Assembly: GCF_004010195.1 (NCBI RefSeq)
Contig: NC_057718.1
Coordinates: forward strand, 104,928,158 to 104,957,831
DNA from: Chiloscyllium plagiosum
Taxonomy: Eukaryota
Reading direction: 5' to 3'
Length of the DNA stretch: 29,674 nt
Numbering within the stretch: the stretch's first letter is position 1; the number at the start of each line of letters is the position of its first letter. The notes below the pieces were generated by a model that was not told the origin of the DNA, did no database searches, and worked only from the letters and a program-made list of their open reading frames with translations. The translations under genes were made by a program, and so were the position numbers. Shown here one piece after another: positions 1 to 12,800 of the stretch.

Positions 1-407
1 CTGTTTTCCCTGGAGCGTCGGAGACTGAGGGGTGACCTTATAGAGGTTTATAAAATCATGAGGGGCATGGATAGGATAAATAGACAAAGTCTTTTCCCTG
101 GGGTGGGGGAGTCCAGAACTAGAGGGGCATAGGTTTAGGGTGAGAGGGGAAAGATATAAAAGAGATCCAAGTTGCAAATTTTTCACACAGAGGGTGGTAT
201 CTGCATGGAATGAGCTGCCAGAGGAAGTGGTGGAGGCTGGTACAATTGTAACATTTAAAAGGCATTTAGATGGGTATATGAATAGGAAGGGTTTGGAGGG
301 ATATGGGCCGGGTGCTGGCAGGTGGGACTAGATTGGGTTGGGATATCTGATCGATATGGACAGGTTGGACCAAAGGGTCTGTTTCCGTGCTGTACATCTC
401 TATGACT
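1..407 (+). mobile_element. CR1 LINE 3' end (cut by window start)
   Basis: Encodes FFTQRVVSAWNELPEEVVEAGTIVTFKRHLDGYM, the CR1 ORF2 C-terminus, and ends in ctctatgact. Confidence 0.9.
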
Positions 408-408
408 T

Positions 409-476
409 TATAACCTGGTGTTGTGTGATTTTTAACTTTGTACACCCCAGTCCAAGACGGGCACCTCCAAATCATG
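409..476 (+). mobile_element. Penelope-type terminal-repeat fragment (family B), 3' terminus
   Basis: Closely matches the reverse complement of ~12919-12985; ends ...cacctccaaatcat. Confidence 0.7.
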
Positions 477-489
477 ACTAGTCATTCAA

Positions 490-2086
490 ATGACTTCAAG
501 AGAGTCAAGGGGCAGTGGTGAGTGTAATGGCCATCACTTAGGCACAGCTGGAAGGTCTGATGATGGATATATTGCCTAGATCAGATACCCCAGAGTTCTG
601 CAGGAGATAGCTGAGGGGATTGTGGTGGAATCACTGGAATCAGGGAGGACCCTGGAGGTTGGAAAATGGCTAATGTAACACCCCTGTTTAAGAAGCATGG
701 AAAGCAGGAAACTAGGCCAGTTAGCCTGACCTCAGTCCTTGGTAAGATTTTACAGTCTATTAATAAAGATGAGATTGCAAAGTACTTGGAAGTATGTGAT
801 AAAATAGGGCTGAGTCAACATGGCTTCATCAAGGGAAGGTCATGACTGACAAATCTGTTAGATGTTTTGAGGAAGTAAAGAGTAAATTAGACAAGGAAGA
901 ACGTGTGAATGTGAACTGTTTGGATTTCCAGAAGGCCTTTGACAAGGTGTCACTCAGGAGGCTGCTAAATAAGATAAGAGCCCATGTTATGGGGGAAGGT
1001 ACTGGCATGGACAAAGGATGGGCTGACTGGTAGAAGGCAGAGAGTGGAATAAAGGGATCTTTTTCAGAATGGCAGCCGGTGACCAGTGGATTCTGCAGAG
1101 GTCAGTGTTGGGATCAGAAATATTCACGTTATACATTAATGATCTGGACAAAGGAACTGACAGCATTGTTTGCAAGTTTGAAAGTGACATAAAGGGCAGG
1201 GGCAGATAGTGTTGAGGAAGTGGGGAATCTGCAAAAGGACTTGGACAGGTTGGGAGTAGGCAGAGAAGTTGCAGATGGAATACAGTTCAAGAATGTGAGA
1301 GGTTGTGCCTTTGGTAGGAAGAGTGGAGGTGTAAAGTATTTTCTAACTGGGAAAAGACTTTGAAAATCTGAAGCACTTAGGATTCTTAGTGCAAGATTCT
1401 CCTAAGGTTAACATGTAGGTTTGGTTGGCAGTTAGGAATGCAAATGCAATGTTAGCATTCTTTTCAAGAATGTTAGAATAGAGCAGCAGAGACGTACTGC
1501 TGAGACTGTGTAAGGCTCTGGTCATACTGCATTTGGAATATTGTGAACAGTTTCAGGCCCTGTATCTAAGGAAGGATGTGCTGGCATTGGAGGGATTCAG
1601 AAGAGATTTACAAAAATGATCCTGGGAGAGAATGGCTTGTCACATGAGAAGTGGTTGAGATTCCTGGATCTCTAATCAATGGAGTTTAACGGGATAAGGG
1701 CAGATCTGAATAAAACAGTTAGAATACTGAGAGGCCTGGATAGAGTAGACATGGAGAAGATGTTTCCACTGGTAGAAGAGACTATGACCTGAGGGCATAG
1801 CCACAGAGTGAAGGGACAACACTTTAGAACTGAGATGAGGAGGAAATTCTTCAGCCAGAGCGGGGTGAACCTGTGTGACTCATTGCCACAGAGGGCTATG
1901 GAGGCCAAGTCATTGAGTGTACTTAAGCCAGAGATAGATAGTTTCTTGATTAGTAAGAGGATCAAGGCTTACAGGGAGAAGATGGGAGAATGGGGTTGAG
2001 AAACACATCAGCCATGATTGAATGGTGAAGCACACTCGATGGGCTGAATGGCTTGGTTCTGCTCCTGTACCTTATGACCCATGGTC
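490..2086 (+). mobile_element. Degenerate CR1 LINE ORF2 (RT and C-terminus) with 3' UTR
   Basis: Fragments LDFQKAFDKVS, GSVLG..FTLYINDLD and FRTEMRRKFFSQ, with many stops and frameshifts. Confidence 0.9.
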
Positions 2087-2199
2087 CCTGGCCATAGGTT
2101 TGTCTGAGATAATCATTTTGGATCACCAGGACTTACTGCTCCTCCATTTCTCATCTCCAGTTACTTTCACTTTCTCACAAGAGGGATCCAGCCTGGTTC

Positions 2200-3046
2200 A
2201 CAGACTGGATCGACTGGAGAGTTGGGTGGAAAAGTGACAGGTGGATTTCAATCCAGACAAAATGTGAGGTGATGCATTTCGGCAAGATTAATTCCAGAGC
2301 GAATTATACAATGAAAGGAAGAGCTTTGGGAAAAGTTAATGAACAGAGAGATCTGGGAGTGCAGGTCCATTGTACCCTGAAGGTTGTTGCACAGGTGAAT
2401 GGAGTAGTGAAGAAGGCATACAGTATGCTTGCCTTCATTAGATGGGATATTGAGTATAAGAGCTGGCAAGTCACGTTAAAATTGTACAGGATGTTGTTTC
2501 GGCCACATTTAGAATACTGTGTACAGTTCTGGTCGCCACATTACCAAAAGGATGTGGACGCTTTGGAGAGGGTGCAGAGAGGGTTTACCTGGTATGGAAG
2601 GTGCTAGCTATGAAGAGAGGTTGAGTAGGTTAGGTTTATTTTCACTAGAAAAAAGGAGATTGAGGGGGGACCTGATTGAGGTTTACAAAATCATGTAGGG
2701 TATAGACAGGGTGGATAGAGACAAGCTTTTTCCCAGGGTGAAGGATTCCATAATGAGAGGTCATGCTTTCAAGGTGAGAGGTGAAAAGTTTAAGGGGGAT
2801 ACATGCGGCAAGTACTTCACACAGAGGGTGGTGGGTGTCTGAACGCGTTGCCAGCAGAGGTAGTAGAGACAGGCATGGTAGATTCATTTAAGATGCATCT
2901 GGACAGATGCATGTGTAGGGGGGGAGCAGAGGGATACGGATGTTTAGGAATTGGGCAACAGTTTTAAACAGTGGATTTGGATCGGCTCAGGCTTGGAGGG
3001 CCGAAGGATCTGTTCCTGGGCTGTAAATTCTCTTTGTTCTTTGTTC
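2200..3046 (+). mobile_element. 5'-truncated CR1 LINE
   Basis: MHFGK..RDLGVQVH..RPHLEYCVQFWSPHYQKDVDALERVQR; short (tctttgt)n tail at about 3030-3046. Confidence 0.9.
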
Positions 3047-3479
3047 ACAAATTCTAAAGCCTCTGATTTATTGGTAAGAAGCGACAGCTCACTGCAACTG
3101 AAGGGAAAATGAACTGGCTTTCTTCAGGAATCTGTTACAGAAAGACAGACACCACCTCTCTTTGTGGCAGTCCAAAGGCTTCTGACTGGATCATTCCCAG
3201 CCCAAACTGCTCAGCAATCTGAAACCCAATCACCTTGTTTTGTAAGCAGAAGGTCTTTGTCATTGACAACAGGTCACCACTCGACAGACCAATCAGCTAC
3301 CTGCTGCCATCTGGATCTCCCATTGTACACACCCTCAGCTCCAGCTCATCAGCAGTTACACTGAGTGTCAATAACCTTCTTTTACAACACGCAGTAATCC
3401 TTCAATAATCTCTGGTTTCTAATGAAAAGTCCTTTTCCAATTTCAGTCCACAAACAAAAGTACAGAGAAATATAGAGGG

Positions 3480-3700
3480 ATGGCCTTCAGACTTTGTATA
3501 TTTATGTATATGATAATAAATGGACAAAATATATCCAAGACCTTAATAATAGTGGCATTGAGGACAAGGGAGGCTCCGTTGAGCCTGTACAAGGTACAAG
3601 TTCAACCTCAGCTAACCTTGTGTAATGTGTCGAGTTCCAGGCATCACACATTTGGCACAAAGTGCAGAAAAGATTTACAAGAATCATTCTGAAGATCAGT
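3480..3700 (+). mobile_element. Old, highly decayed CR1 fragment, probably continuing at 4845-5000
   Basis: Remnant VQKRFTRII-type sequence (gtgcagaaaagatttacaagaatc). The 4845-5000 segment resembles the next part (SYEDR..RG*LIEIFEIMRG). Confidence 0.45.
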
Positions 3701-3702
3701 AA

Positions 3703-4710
3703 CAGAATCATAGAAGTTTACAGTGCAGAAGGAGGCCATCCTGTCTGTTCTAGCTCCTGAAAGAGCTACCCAGCTAGTCCCACTCTATAGCCCCAGCTCC
3801 GTAGCCCTCTAACTTCATCCCTTCCAAATACATACCCAGCTCTCTTTTGAAACCTCGTAAGCAATCCACCTCCCCCACTCTCCCAGGCAGAGTATTCCAA
3901 ATCCTAACAACTCTCTGAATAAAGGTGTTTCTTCTCTTCTCACTCCTAGATCTCTTGCTGACTGTCTTGAAGGTGTGATCCCTAGTTACTGACATAATAA
4001 TTAGTGGAAATAGAATATCCTTCTTTACCTTGTCGAAATAGTTCATGATTTTGAACACCTCAGTAAGGTCACCTCTTAAACTTCTCTGTTCCAAGAAGAA
4101 TGAGCCCAATCTCTCTAAACTTTCCTTGTGTCTAAAATCCCTCATTCCTGGCATCATTCTAGTAAATCTCCTTTGAATTCTCTCCAGGACTTTCACATTC
4201 TTCCCTAATTAAGGTGCCCATAACTGAACATAATACTCCAAATGTGGTCTGACCAATGATCTGTAGAGGTGTAGCACCACTTCCTTGCTTTTATGCTCTA
4301 TGCTTCTATTTATAAACCCAATGATTGTATAAGCCTTCTTAACAACTGTTTCAACTTACCTGGTTACCTTCAGCGACTCATGCAGTGAACCTTGCGGTCC
4401 CTGTGATCCCCTCAAAATTGTCGCTATTGTCCCTCCATGTTTCTGAGACTAGAACATAGTCCCTCACATTTCTCTGCTTTGAAATCCATCTGCCAGATGT
4501 CTGCCCATTTGGACAACTTGTCAATGTTCGCCTGAAGTCGCCCAGCATCACCCTCACAATTCAGTATTCTCCCTAGCTTAGTATCATCTTCAAATTTAGA
4601 GATTTTGTCCTCAACACACGTCTGCAAATGGTTTATATAAATCAGAAAAAGGATCCCAGCCCCAATCCCTGAGGAACACCATTTTCATGTCATCTCCAGT
4701 CTGAGAAATG
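3703..4710 (-). mobile_element. 5'-truncated CR1 LINE
   Basis: ORFs 4424-4627 (ISKFEDDTKLG) and 3774-4196 (LERIQRRFTRMMPG..QRVVRIWNTLP). Confidence 0.9.
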
Positions 4711-4721
4711 CCCATCTCTCT

Positions 4722-4835
4722 CTACCTGAAATGTTAACATTGCTTTTCCCAACATGGGTACTGCCAGACTTGTTGAGTTTCTCCAGCACTTTCTGTTTGT
4801 ATTTTAAATTTCCAACATGCATAGAATTCAGCTTT
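4722..4835 (+). mobile_element. Old Penelope-type terminal-repeat remnant
   Basis: cctgaaatgttaac...ctgccagacttgttgagtttctccagcactttctgtttg resembles the terminus of the PLE at 25245-25318. Confidence 0.55.
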
Positions 4836-5694
4836 TATTTATGACGGTGATTCAAAGACCGAAATGTCTCAGTTATGAAGATAGAGTGAAAGAGTTGGCA
4901 TTGATTGGAAAGGAAGAAACTAAGAGGATAATTAATTGAAATTTTTGAAATCATGAGGGGTTTGGGACAGAAGGTGGGGAGAAAATGTTCCCAGTGCTGA
5001 ATGCAGTGCTCCCAATAAGACCAGTTTCTGGATTTATTCTAACCTTCCAGGTCCTTCATGCAAACTTTCTCAAAACAAGAGTCTGTCAATCAACAGGCTT
5101 TATCAAAATCCTCTAACAAGCACCAGGAGATTTAAAGACTGGTTGTAAATCCTTCTAATGGTGTTTCGCACCCATCATCAATCAATCAATCAAACTCCAC
5201 CTTCTGAAGCACACTATAGATGGCTATTTCATGGGCAACATTCCTCATTATTCTGGTTTGTAATTCAAGGGTAATTCAAGAGCAAATAATTTCACCTTAC
5301 CAAATGTGGCTAAAGGAAAGAATGACAGTCATTCAGACATAACAGCAGCTGTGAAAGCGTTCTTGAGTGAGAAAATGTGCACAGTTAATAATATTGCAAT
5401 TGATTACTAATTAACAGTTCACATCTACATTGTAACTTATTTGTTTAAAAAGCTAACACAGGTTCTCATAAAATTAAAAGCAGACACAAAAAATTGTGTT
5501 TATATAAAAAAAGGACAATGTAACAGCAAGAAACTGCATAAAAGGCTGACAGTGAGGGTCAAGGAAGCCCATAAGCAGTGATTGTTTTATGGACCACAGC
5601 AGAATAGAGCTCAGAGAAACATAGGCACTTACAGCTTGGTGAAGCTAGCTGTCTGTGCTGAAGCTAAAATTGGGCTTGTGAGCAGATGTAGGAG

Positions 5695-5894
5695 AAGCAC
5701 AGCAGGTCAGATGGCATCCGAGGAGCAGGAATATCGACATTTCAGGCAGGAGCCCTTATCCTTTCCTAATGAAGGGCTCCTGCCTGAAACACTGATTTTC
5801 CTTCTCCTCGGATGCTGCCTGACCTGCTGTGCTTTTCCAGCACCACTCTGATCTTGACTCTGATCTCCAGCATCTGTAGTCCTCACTTTTGCCT
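5695..5894. mobile_element. Palindromic Penelope-derived mini-element (family A) with degenerate hammerhead motifs
   Basis: Inverted arms centred near 5762, flanked by agcagatgtaggag (5681-5694) and agcaggtgtcggag (5895-5908). Confidence 0.8.
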
Positions 5895-5949
5895 AGCAGG
5901 TGTCGGAGTACAGTTTTCAGAATACAAGCTAGCACTATCTTGCCTGGGA

Positions 5950-6381
5950 GAATGTACTAGTAGAACATGAGCCAGGATTGAAGCCGACCATGATGGAAAA
6001 GATTTTGAGGAAGTTGCAAAGATTAGCAGATTCAATGACCCGAAGTGTCAACCCTAGGGTTTGCTGAGACACCATGAGATCTGTCTTGAACACATTTACA
6101 ATTTGATGTGTTGTGAGCAGTGTTCTGTTTTATCTGTTACCCAGCTCAATCACAAGCTAATTCCGGATCTTAGAAATAGATTGTAAACATATTGTAGATT
6201 GTATTATTGTTCTAACTTTTTATAATAAAGTTTATTGTTTGTTCAAAACCTTGCAATCTTGTGGCTTCACTCTTTTTAGTAAGTACCTGAGCTCTCATGC
6301 TTTGTCAACATTAGAAGAAAAGTTGCTGGTCTCCGGCGAGATCAGAACAGAAATTTGACAATCTGTCTCAGGATTGTAACA
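5950..6381 (+). mobile_element. Possible decayed solo-LTR remnant
   Basis: AATAAA near 6224 followed by ends resembling LTR termini (gagatcagaaca, caggattgtaaca). The 5' boundary is not identifiable. Confidence 0.3.
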
Positions 6382-6922
6382 AAATGTAATCTCCAGACAA
6401 AAGGTATAAACAAAGAGAGAATGAGGACATGGGATTGCAACGGGAAATTGATCTCAATCCCATCGATCATGCAGGGTGAAAACAAACAGAAACAATCAAC
6501 TCTTCATGTAAAACTTCCAATATAATAACTCCAAACAATGAAAACATTCAGCTTGACCTAGGCGCACTGATTTGAGAAGAATGTGACCTGTTCTTTTTGT
6601 CAGGTAAGTGACCCTGAGAGCTGCTAAAATTATCACATAAAATATTGATTAGTGTTTCAGTTGTTGGAATTTCAGTCATGATTCAACAGAATGTTAATTA
6701 AGGCAAATCTTACTTCTCATTGTAATCAAAACAGGAGTTTCAACATTTACAAAATATTTTTATTTCCGGTCTCCAGCATCCACAGTACTTTGCTTTCACA
6801 TTTATATGTTTCGTTAACATGGAAATTCCAGAAATGTCCAAGATATCACCATGGTGCTTGGAGTGATTACTGCTCTCAATGTAATGAAAGGCTTGAATTT
6901 TCTACCTTGTCGTCAGAACTCC

Positions 6923-7866
6923 CATAGAACATTACAGCGCAGTACAGGCCCTTCGGTCCTTGGTGCTGTGCCTACCTGTGGAACCAATCTGAAGCCCATC
7001 TAACCTACACTATTCCATTTACACCCATATGCCTATCCAATAACCATTTAAATGCCCTTAAAGTTGGCGAGTCTACTACTGTTGCAGGCAGTGTGTTCCA
7101 TGACCCTATTACTCTCTGAGTAAAGTAACTACCTTTGACATCTGTCCTATATCTATCACCCTTCAATTTAAAGCTATGTCCCCTCATGCAAGCCATCACC
7201 ACCCAAGGAAAAAGGCTCTCACTGTCTACTCTATCGAACCCTCTGATGATCTGAAATGTCTCAAGTCAGCTCTCAACCTTCTTCTCTCTAATGAAAACAG
7301 CCTCAAGTCCCTCAGCCTTTCCTTGTAAGACCCTCCCTCCCTATAGGCAACATTCTGGTAAATCTCCTCTGCACCCTTTCCAAAGCTTCCACATCCTTCT
7401 TATAATGTGGTGACCAGAACTGTATACAATATGCCAAATGTGGCCACCCCAGAGTTTTGTACAGCTGCAGCATGATCTCACGGTTCCGAAAGTCAATCCC
7501 TCTATGAGTAAAAGTTAACGCACTCTCTGCCTTCTTCCCAACTCTGTCAACCTGGGTGGCAACTTTCAAGGATCTATGTACCTGGACACCAAGATCCCTC
7601 TGCTCGTCTACACTACCACGAATCTTACCATTAGCCCAGTACTCTGTATTCCTGTTACTCCTTCCAAAGTGAATCACCTCACACTTTTCTGCATTAAGCT
7701 CCATTTGCCACCTCTCAGCCCAGCTCTGCAGCTGATCGATGTCTCTCTGTAACCTACAACATCCTTTGTCACTATCCACAACTCTACTGACCTTAGTGTC
7801 CTCTGCAAATTTACTAAGCCATCCTCCTATGCCCTTGTCAAGGTCATTTATAACGATGACAAACAA
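6923..7866 (-). mobile_element. 5'-truncated CR1 LINE
   Basis: ORF 7312-7896 (INDLDKGIGGWLSKFAEDTKV..YCIQFWSPHYKKDVEALERVQRRFTRML) and ORF 7005-7202; 3' tail at about 6923. Confidence 0.92.
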
Positions 7867-7868
7867 GT

Positions 7869-8176
7869 GCTGACCCTCCGACAGTGCGGCACTCACTCAG
7901 CACTGACCCTCCGACAGTGCGGCACTCCCTCAGCACTGACCCTCCAACAGTGCAGCATTCCCTCGGCACTGACCCTCCGACAGTGTGGCGCTCCCTCAGC
8001 ACTGACCTTCTGATAGTGCGGCACTCCCTCAGCACTGACCCTCCGACAGTGTGACACTCCCTCAGCACTGACCCTCCGACAGTGCGGCACTCCCTGAGCG
8101 CTACCCTCTGACTGTGCGGCAGTCACTCAGTACTGACACAATGACAGTGCGGCACTCCCTGAGCGCTGACCCTCCA
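7869..8176. repeat. 33-bp minisatellite, about 9 copies (cagcactgaccctccgacagtgcggcactccct)
   Basis: Directly visible tandem periodicity with scattered substitutions. Confidence 0.95.
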
Positions 8177-8179
8177 CGA

Positions 8180-8350
8180 TAAGGCTGAAGCAGTTGCAGC
8201 AATCCTCACCCAGAAGTGCCAATCGAATGATGGATCTCAGCCTCCTCCAGTGGTCCCCAGCATCACAGATACCAGTCTATAGCCAATTCCATTCACTCAG
8301 CGTGATACCAAAAAATGCTTGGAGATACTGGATACGGCAAAGCCTGGGAT
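8180..8350 (+). mobile_element. LINE (CR1/L2 group) ORF2 internal fragment
   Basis: Reads VVPSITDTSL*PIPFTQRDTKKCLEILDTAK, resembling the region just upstream of LINE RT domains. Confidence 0.45.
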
Positions 8351-8968
8351 GAGACTCAATGTTGATCGGTAAGTAGAGAGGGAGGGGTGAATGACCTGGG
8401 GATAAGTTTGGATAAAGAGAACTGTACTTTATAGAAAATGGGAGGGGAACCATGTCTGGATGGGAGAAGGAATGTGTGTTTCAGCAGCAGACGGGCTGAG
8501 GTTGGGTTTGATTTGAACAATAATTATCTGACTCAGTCTCCACTTTTATAACATTGTATGCTGAAATGAGATGATGACATATAGTGTGTGTATTTAATCA
8601 TCATGTACTCCGGCACATCATTAATTTTACAAAATTAAATATATCAGATTATCAACTCTGTCTCATATTGAAACACTGGCTACAAGTTTATAAATATCTG
8701 CATAATTTCCAAATATGCATTAACAAAGGGCATTTTTTCACATGGGTCAGTTCATATTTTAATCATTGCGAAGTCACTGTATTATTTGAGTAAAAAGCAG
8801 CAGATGTTCAGAAATGTGAAACAAAAGGAGAGGCTGGGGCCTGCCAGCAGGTCAGTCAGTATGTTCCCAACTGGGGGCACATTTCAACCAGTCTACTGTC
8901 TAACACTGCTCAAAATTCAAACAATGTCAAGCAGCAGGAGAATGATTAACCAGCGGACGATGGGGATG

Positions 8969-9520
8969 GGGGAGGCAATGGCCTACTGGTATGATCACCA
9001 GACAGTTAAACCAGAGAAAGTGAGGACTGCAGATGCCGGAGATTGGAGTCAAAAAGTGTGATGCTGGAAAAGCACAGCAGTTCAGGCAGCATCCGAGGAT
9101 CAGGAGAGTCAACATTTCGGGCAAAAGCCCTTCATCAGGAGTCTGTTCCTTGAATGCTGCCTGACCTGTTGTGCTTTCCCAGTGCCATAGTTTTTGACTG
9201 TTAATCCAGAGACCCAGGTAAAGGTCTGTGGATGAGGATTCAAAACCCACCATGGTAGATGGTAGAATTTGAATTCAATGAAAATCTGGAATTAAGAATC
9301 TAATGAAGACTGTAATGCATTCCCGATGGGGGGCGAGAAACCCATCTGGGTCACTAACATTCTTTAGGAAAGGAAACTGCCATCCTTACCTGGTATAGCC
9401 CACATGTGACTCCAGACCCACAGCAAAGTGGTTGTCTCTTAACTGCCCTCAGGGCAATTAGGGATGGGCAATAAATGCTGCCCAGCCAGTGACACCCTCA
9501 TCCCATGAATGAATGAAAAC
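8969..9520 (+). mobile_element. tRNA-derived SINE interrupted by a PLE mini-element
   Basis: A-box-like tggcctactgg and B-box-like ggattcaaaaccc. The body matches 20905-21190 (minus) and 29064-29280; tail gggcaataaatgctg...atcccatgaatgaatg. Confidence 0.75.
9013..9199 (-). mobile_element. Penelope-derived mini-element (family A) with partial inverted arm
   Basis: Minus strand reads CTGATGA-A-GGGC-TTTT-GCCC-GAAA-TG-TT at 9138-9111. Flanking direct repeats at 9001-9017 and 9196-9212 match at 15/17. Confidence 0.8.
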
Positions 9521-9681
9521 AAAGGGCACTGTTTTATGATCATCCCAAGGTGGCCAGTGCTGGGGGCAATGGGGAAATGTAATTGCACGGAGCACGTTGT
9601 TGTAATCTGGTCTGTGGGGTGTGAAAGAGATGGAACCAGATTCAACAGTAACTTACAAAAGGGAATTGGATAGATCGTTGA

Positions 9682-9765
9682 AAGGGCTTATTCCTGAAAC
9701 GTCGATTCTCCTGCTCCTCGGACGCTGCCTGAATTGTAGTGCTTTTCCAGCATCACACTCTTCGA
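9682..9765 (+). mobile_element. Family A PLE terminal-repeat fragment within a decayed CR1 3' end
   Basis: aagggcttattcctgaaacgtcgattctcctgctcctcggacgctgcctga matches the other family A copies. Confidence 0.75.
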
Positions 9766-9852
9766 AAGTAAAAATCAGTCAGGCAGTGGGCAAGGAGTGG
9801 ACAGTGGGTCCAAATAGCCTCCTTCTGTGTCGTGCTCACTCAGTGGTGGCTC

Positions 9853-9896
9853 AGCTTTAAAATTTCCATCCTGGTTTTCAAATCCCTCCATGACTT
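9853..9896 (+). mobile_element. L2-like LINE 3' region, left part (split by the array and PLE)
   Basis: Reads FKISILVFKSLHD, typical of the L2 ORF2 C-terminus. Confidence 0.55.
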
Positions 9897-12800
9897 TGAT
9901 TCGGAGATATGATTCGGAGAAGCCGGTGTTGATTCGGAGGAGCCGGTGTTGATTCGGAGATATGATTCGGAGAAGACGATGTTGATTCGGAGATATGATT
10001 CGGAGAAGCCGGTGTTGATTCGGAGGAGCCGGTGTTGATTCGGAGATATGATTCGGAGAAGCCGGTGTTGATTCGGAGGAGCCGGTGTTGATTCGGAGAT
10101 ATGATTCGGAGAAGCCGGTGTTGATTCGGAGGAGCCGGTGTTGATTCGGAGATATGATTCGGAGAAGCCGGTGTTGATTCGGAGGAGCCGGTGTTGATTC
10201 GGAGATATGATTCGGAGAAGCCGGTGTTGATTCGGAGGAGCCGGTGTTGATTCGGAGATATGATTCGGAGAAGCCGGTGTTGATTCGGAGGAGCCGGTGT
10301 TGATTCGGAGATATGATTCGGAGAAGCCGGTGTTGATTCGGAGGAGCCGGTGTTGATTCGGAGATATGATTCGGAGAAGCCGGTGTTGATTCGGAGGAGC
10401 CGGTGTTGATTCGGAGATATGATTCGGAGAAGCCGGTGTTGATTCGGAGGAGCCGGTGTTGATTCGGAGATATGATTCGGAGAAGCCGGTGTTGATTCGG
10501 AGGAGCCGGTGTTGATTCGGAGATATGATTCGGAGAAGCCGGTGTTGATTCGGAGGAGCCGGTGTTGATTCGGAGATATGATTCGGAGAAGCCGGTGTTG
10601 ATTCGGAGGAGCCGGTGTTGATTCGGAGATATGATTCGGAGAAGCCGGTGTTGATTCGGAGGAGCCGGTGTTGATTCGGAGATATGATTCGGAGAAGCCG
10701 GTGTTGATTCGGAGGAGCCGGTGTTGATTCGGAGATATGATTCGGAGAAGCCGGTGTTGATTCGGAGGAGCCGGTGTTGATTCGGAGATATGATTCGGAG
10801 AAGCCGGTGTTGATTCGGAGGAGCCGGTGTTGATTCGGAGATATGATTCGGAGAAGCCGGTGTTGATTCGGAGGAGCCGGTGTTGATTCGGAGATATGAT
10901 TCGGAGAAGCCGGTGTTGATTCGGAGGAGCCGGTGTTGATTCGGAGATATGATTCGGAGAAGCCGGTGTTGATTCGGAGGAGCCGGTGTTGATTCGGAGA
11001 TATGATTCGGAGAAGCCGGTGTTGATTCGGAGGAGCCGGTGTTGATTCGGAGATATGATTCGGAGAAGCCGGTGTTGATTCGGAGGAGCCGGTGTTGATT
11101 CGGAGATATGATTCGGAGAAGCCGGTGTTGATTCGGAGGAGCCGGTGTTGATTCGGAGATATGATTCGGAGAAGCCGGTGTTGATTCGGAGGAGCCGGTG
11201 TTGATTCGGAGATATGATTCGGAGAAGCCGGTGTTGATTCGGAGGAGCCGGTGTTGATTCGGAGATATGATTCGGAGAAGCCGGTGTTGATTCGGAGGAG
11301 CCGGTGTTGATTCGGAGATATGATTCGGAGAAGCCGGTGTTGATTCGGAGGAGCCGGTGTTGATTCGGAGATATGATTCGGAGAAGCCGGTGTTGATTCG
11401 GAGGAGCCGGTGTTGATTCGGAGATATGATTCGGAGAAGCCGGTGTTGATTCGGAGGAGCCGGTGTTGATTCGGAGATATGATTCGGAGAAGCCGGTGTT
11501 GATTCGGAGGAGCCGGTGTTGATTCGGAGATATGATTCGGAGAAGCCGGTGTTGATTCGGAGGAGCCGGTGTTGATTCGGAGATATGATTCGGAGAAGCC
11601 GGTGTTGATTCGGAGGAGCCGGTGTTGATTCGGAGATATGATTCGGAGAAGCCGGTGTTGATTCGGAGGAGCCGGTGTTGATTCGGAGATATGATTCGGA
11701 GAAGCCGGTGTTGATTCGGAGGAGCCGGTGTTGATTCGGAGATATGATTCGGAGAAGCCGGTGTTGATTCGGAGGAGCCGGTGTTGATTCGGAGATATGA
11801 TTCGGAGAAGCCGGTGTTGATTCGGAGGAGCCGGTGTTGATTCGGAGATATGATTCGGAGAAGCCGGTGTTGATTCGGAGGAGCCGGTGTTGATTCGGAG
11901 ATATGATTCGGAGAAGCCGGTGTTGATTCGGAGGAGCCGGTGTTGATTCGGAGATATGATTCGGAGAAGCCGGTGTTGATTCGGAGGAGCCGGTGTTGAT
12001 TCGGAGATATGATTCGGAGAAGCCGGTGTTGATTCGGAGGAGCCGGTGTTGATTCGGAGATATGATTCGGAGAAGCCGGTGTTGATTCGGAGGAGCCGGT
12101 GTTGATTCGGAGATATGATTCGGAGAAGCCGGTGTTGATTCGGAGGAGCCGGTGTTGATTCGGAGATATGATTCGGAGAAGCCGGTGTTGATTCGGAGGA
12201 GCCGGTGTTGATTCGGAGATATGATTCGGAGAAGCCGGTGTTGATTCGGAGGAGCCGGTGTTGATTCGGAGATATGATTCGGAGAAGCCGGTGTTGATTC
12301 GGAGGAGCCGGTGTTGATTCGGAGATATGATTCGGAGAAGCCGGTGTTGATTCGGAGGAGCCGGTGTTGATTCGGAGATATGATTCGGAGAAGCCGGTGT
12401 TGATTCGGAGGAGCCGGTGTTGATTCGGAGATATGATTCGGAGAAGCCGGTGTTGATTCGGAGGAGCCGGTGTTGATTCGGAGATATGATTCGGAGAAGC
12501 CGGTGTTGATTCGGAGGAGCCGGTGTTGATTCGGAGATATGATTCGGAGAAGCCGGTGTTGATTCGGAGGAGCCGGTGTTGATTCGGAGATATGATTCGG
12601 AGAAGCCGGTGTTGATTCGGAGGAGCCGGTGTTGATTCGGAGATATGATTCGGAGAAGCCGGTGTTGATTCGGAGGAGCCGGTGTTGATTCGGAGATATG
12701 ATTCGGAGAAGCCGGTGTTGATTCGGAGGAGCCGGTGTTGATTCGGAGATATGATTCGGAGAAGCCGGTGTTGATTCGGAGGAGCCGGTGTTGATTCGGA

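Noticed and set aside
842..7896. Functional reverse transcriptase genes
   Set aside because: All are truncated CR1 fragments with stops, frameshifts and altered catalytic motifs (FESD, FEDD, FAED).
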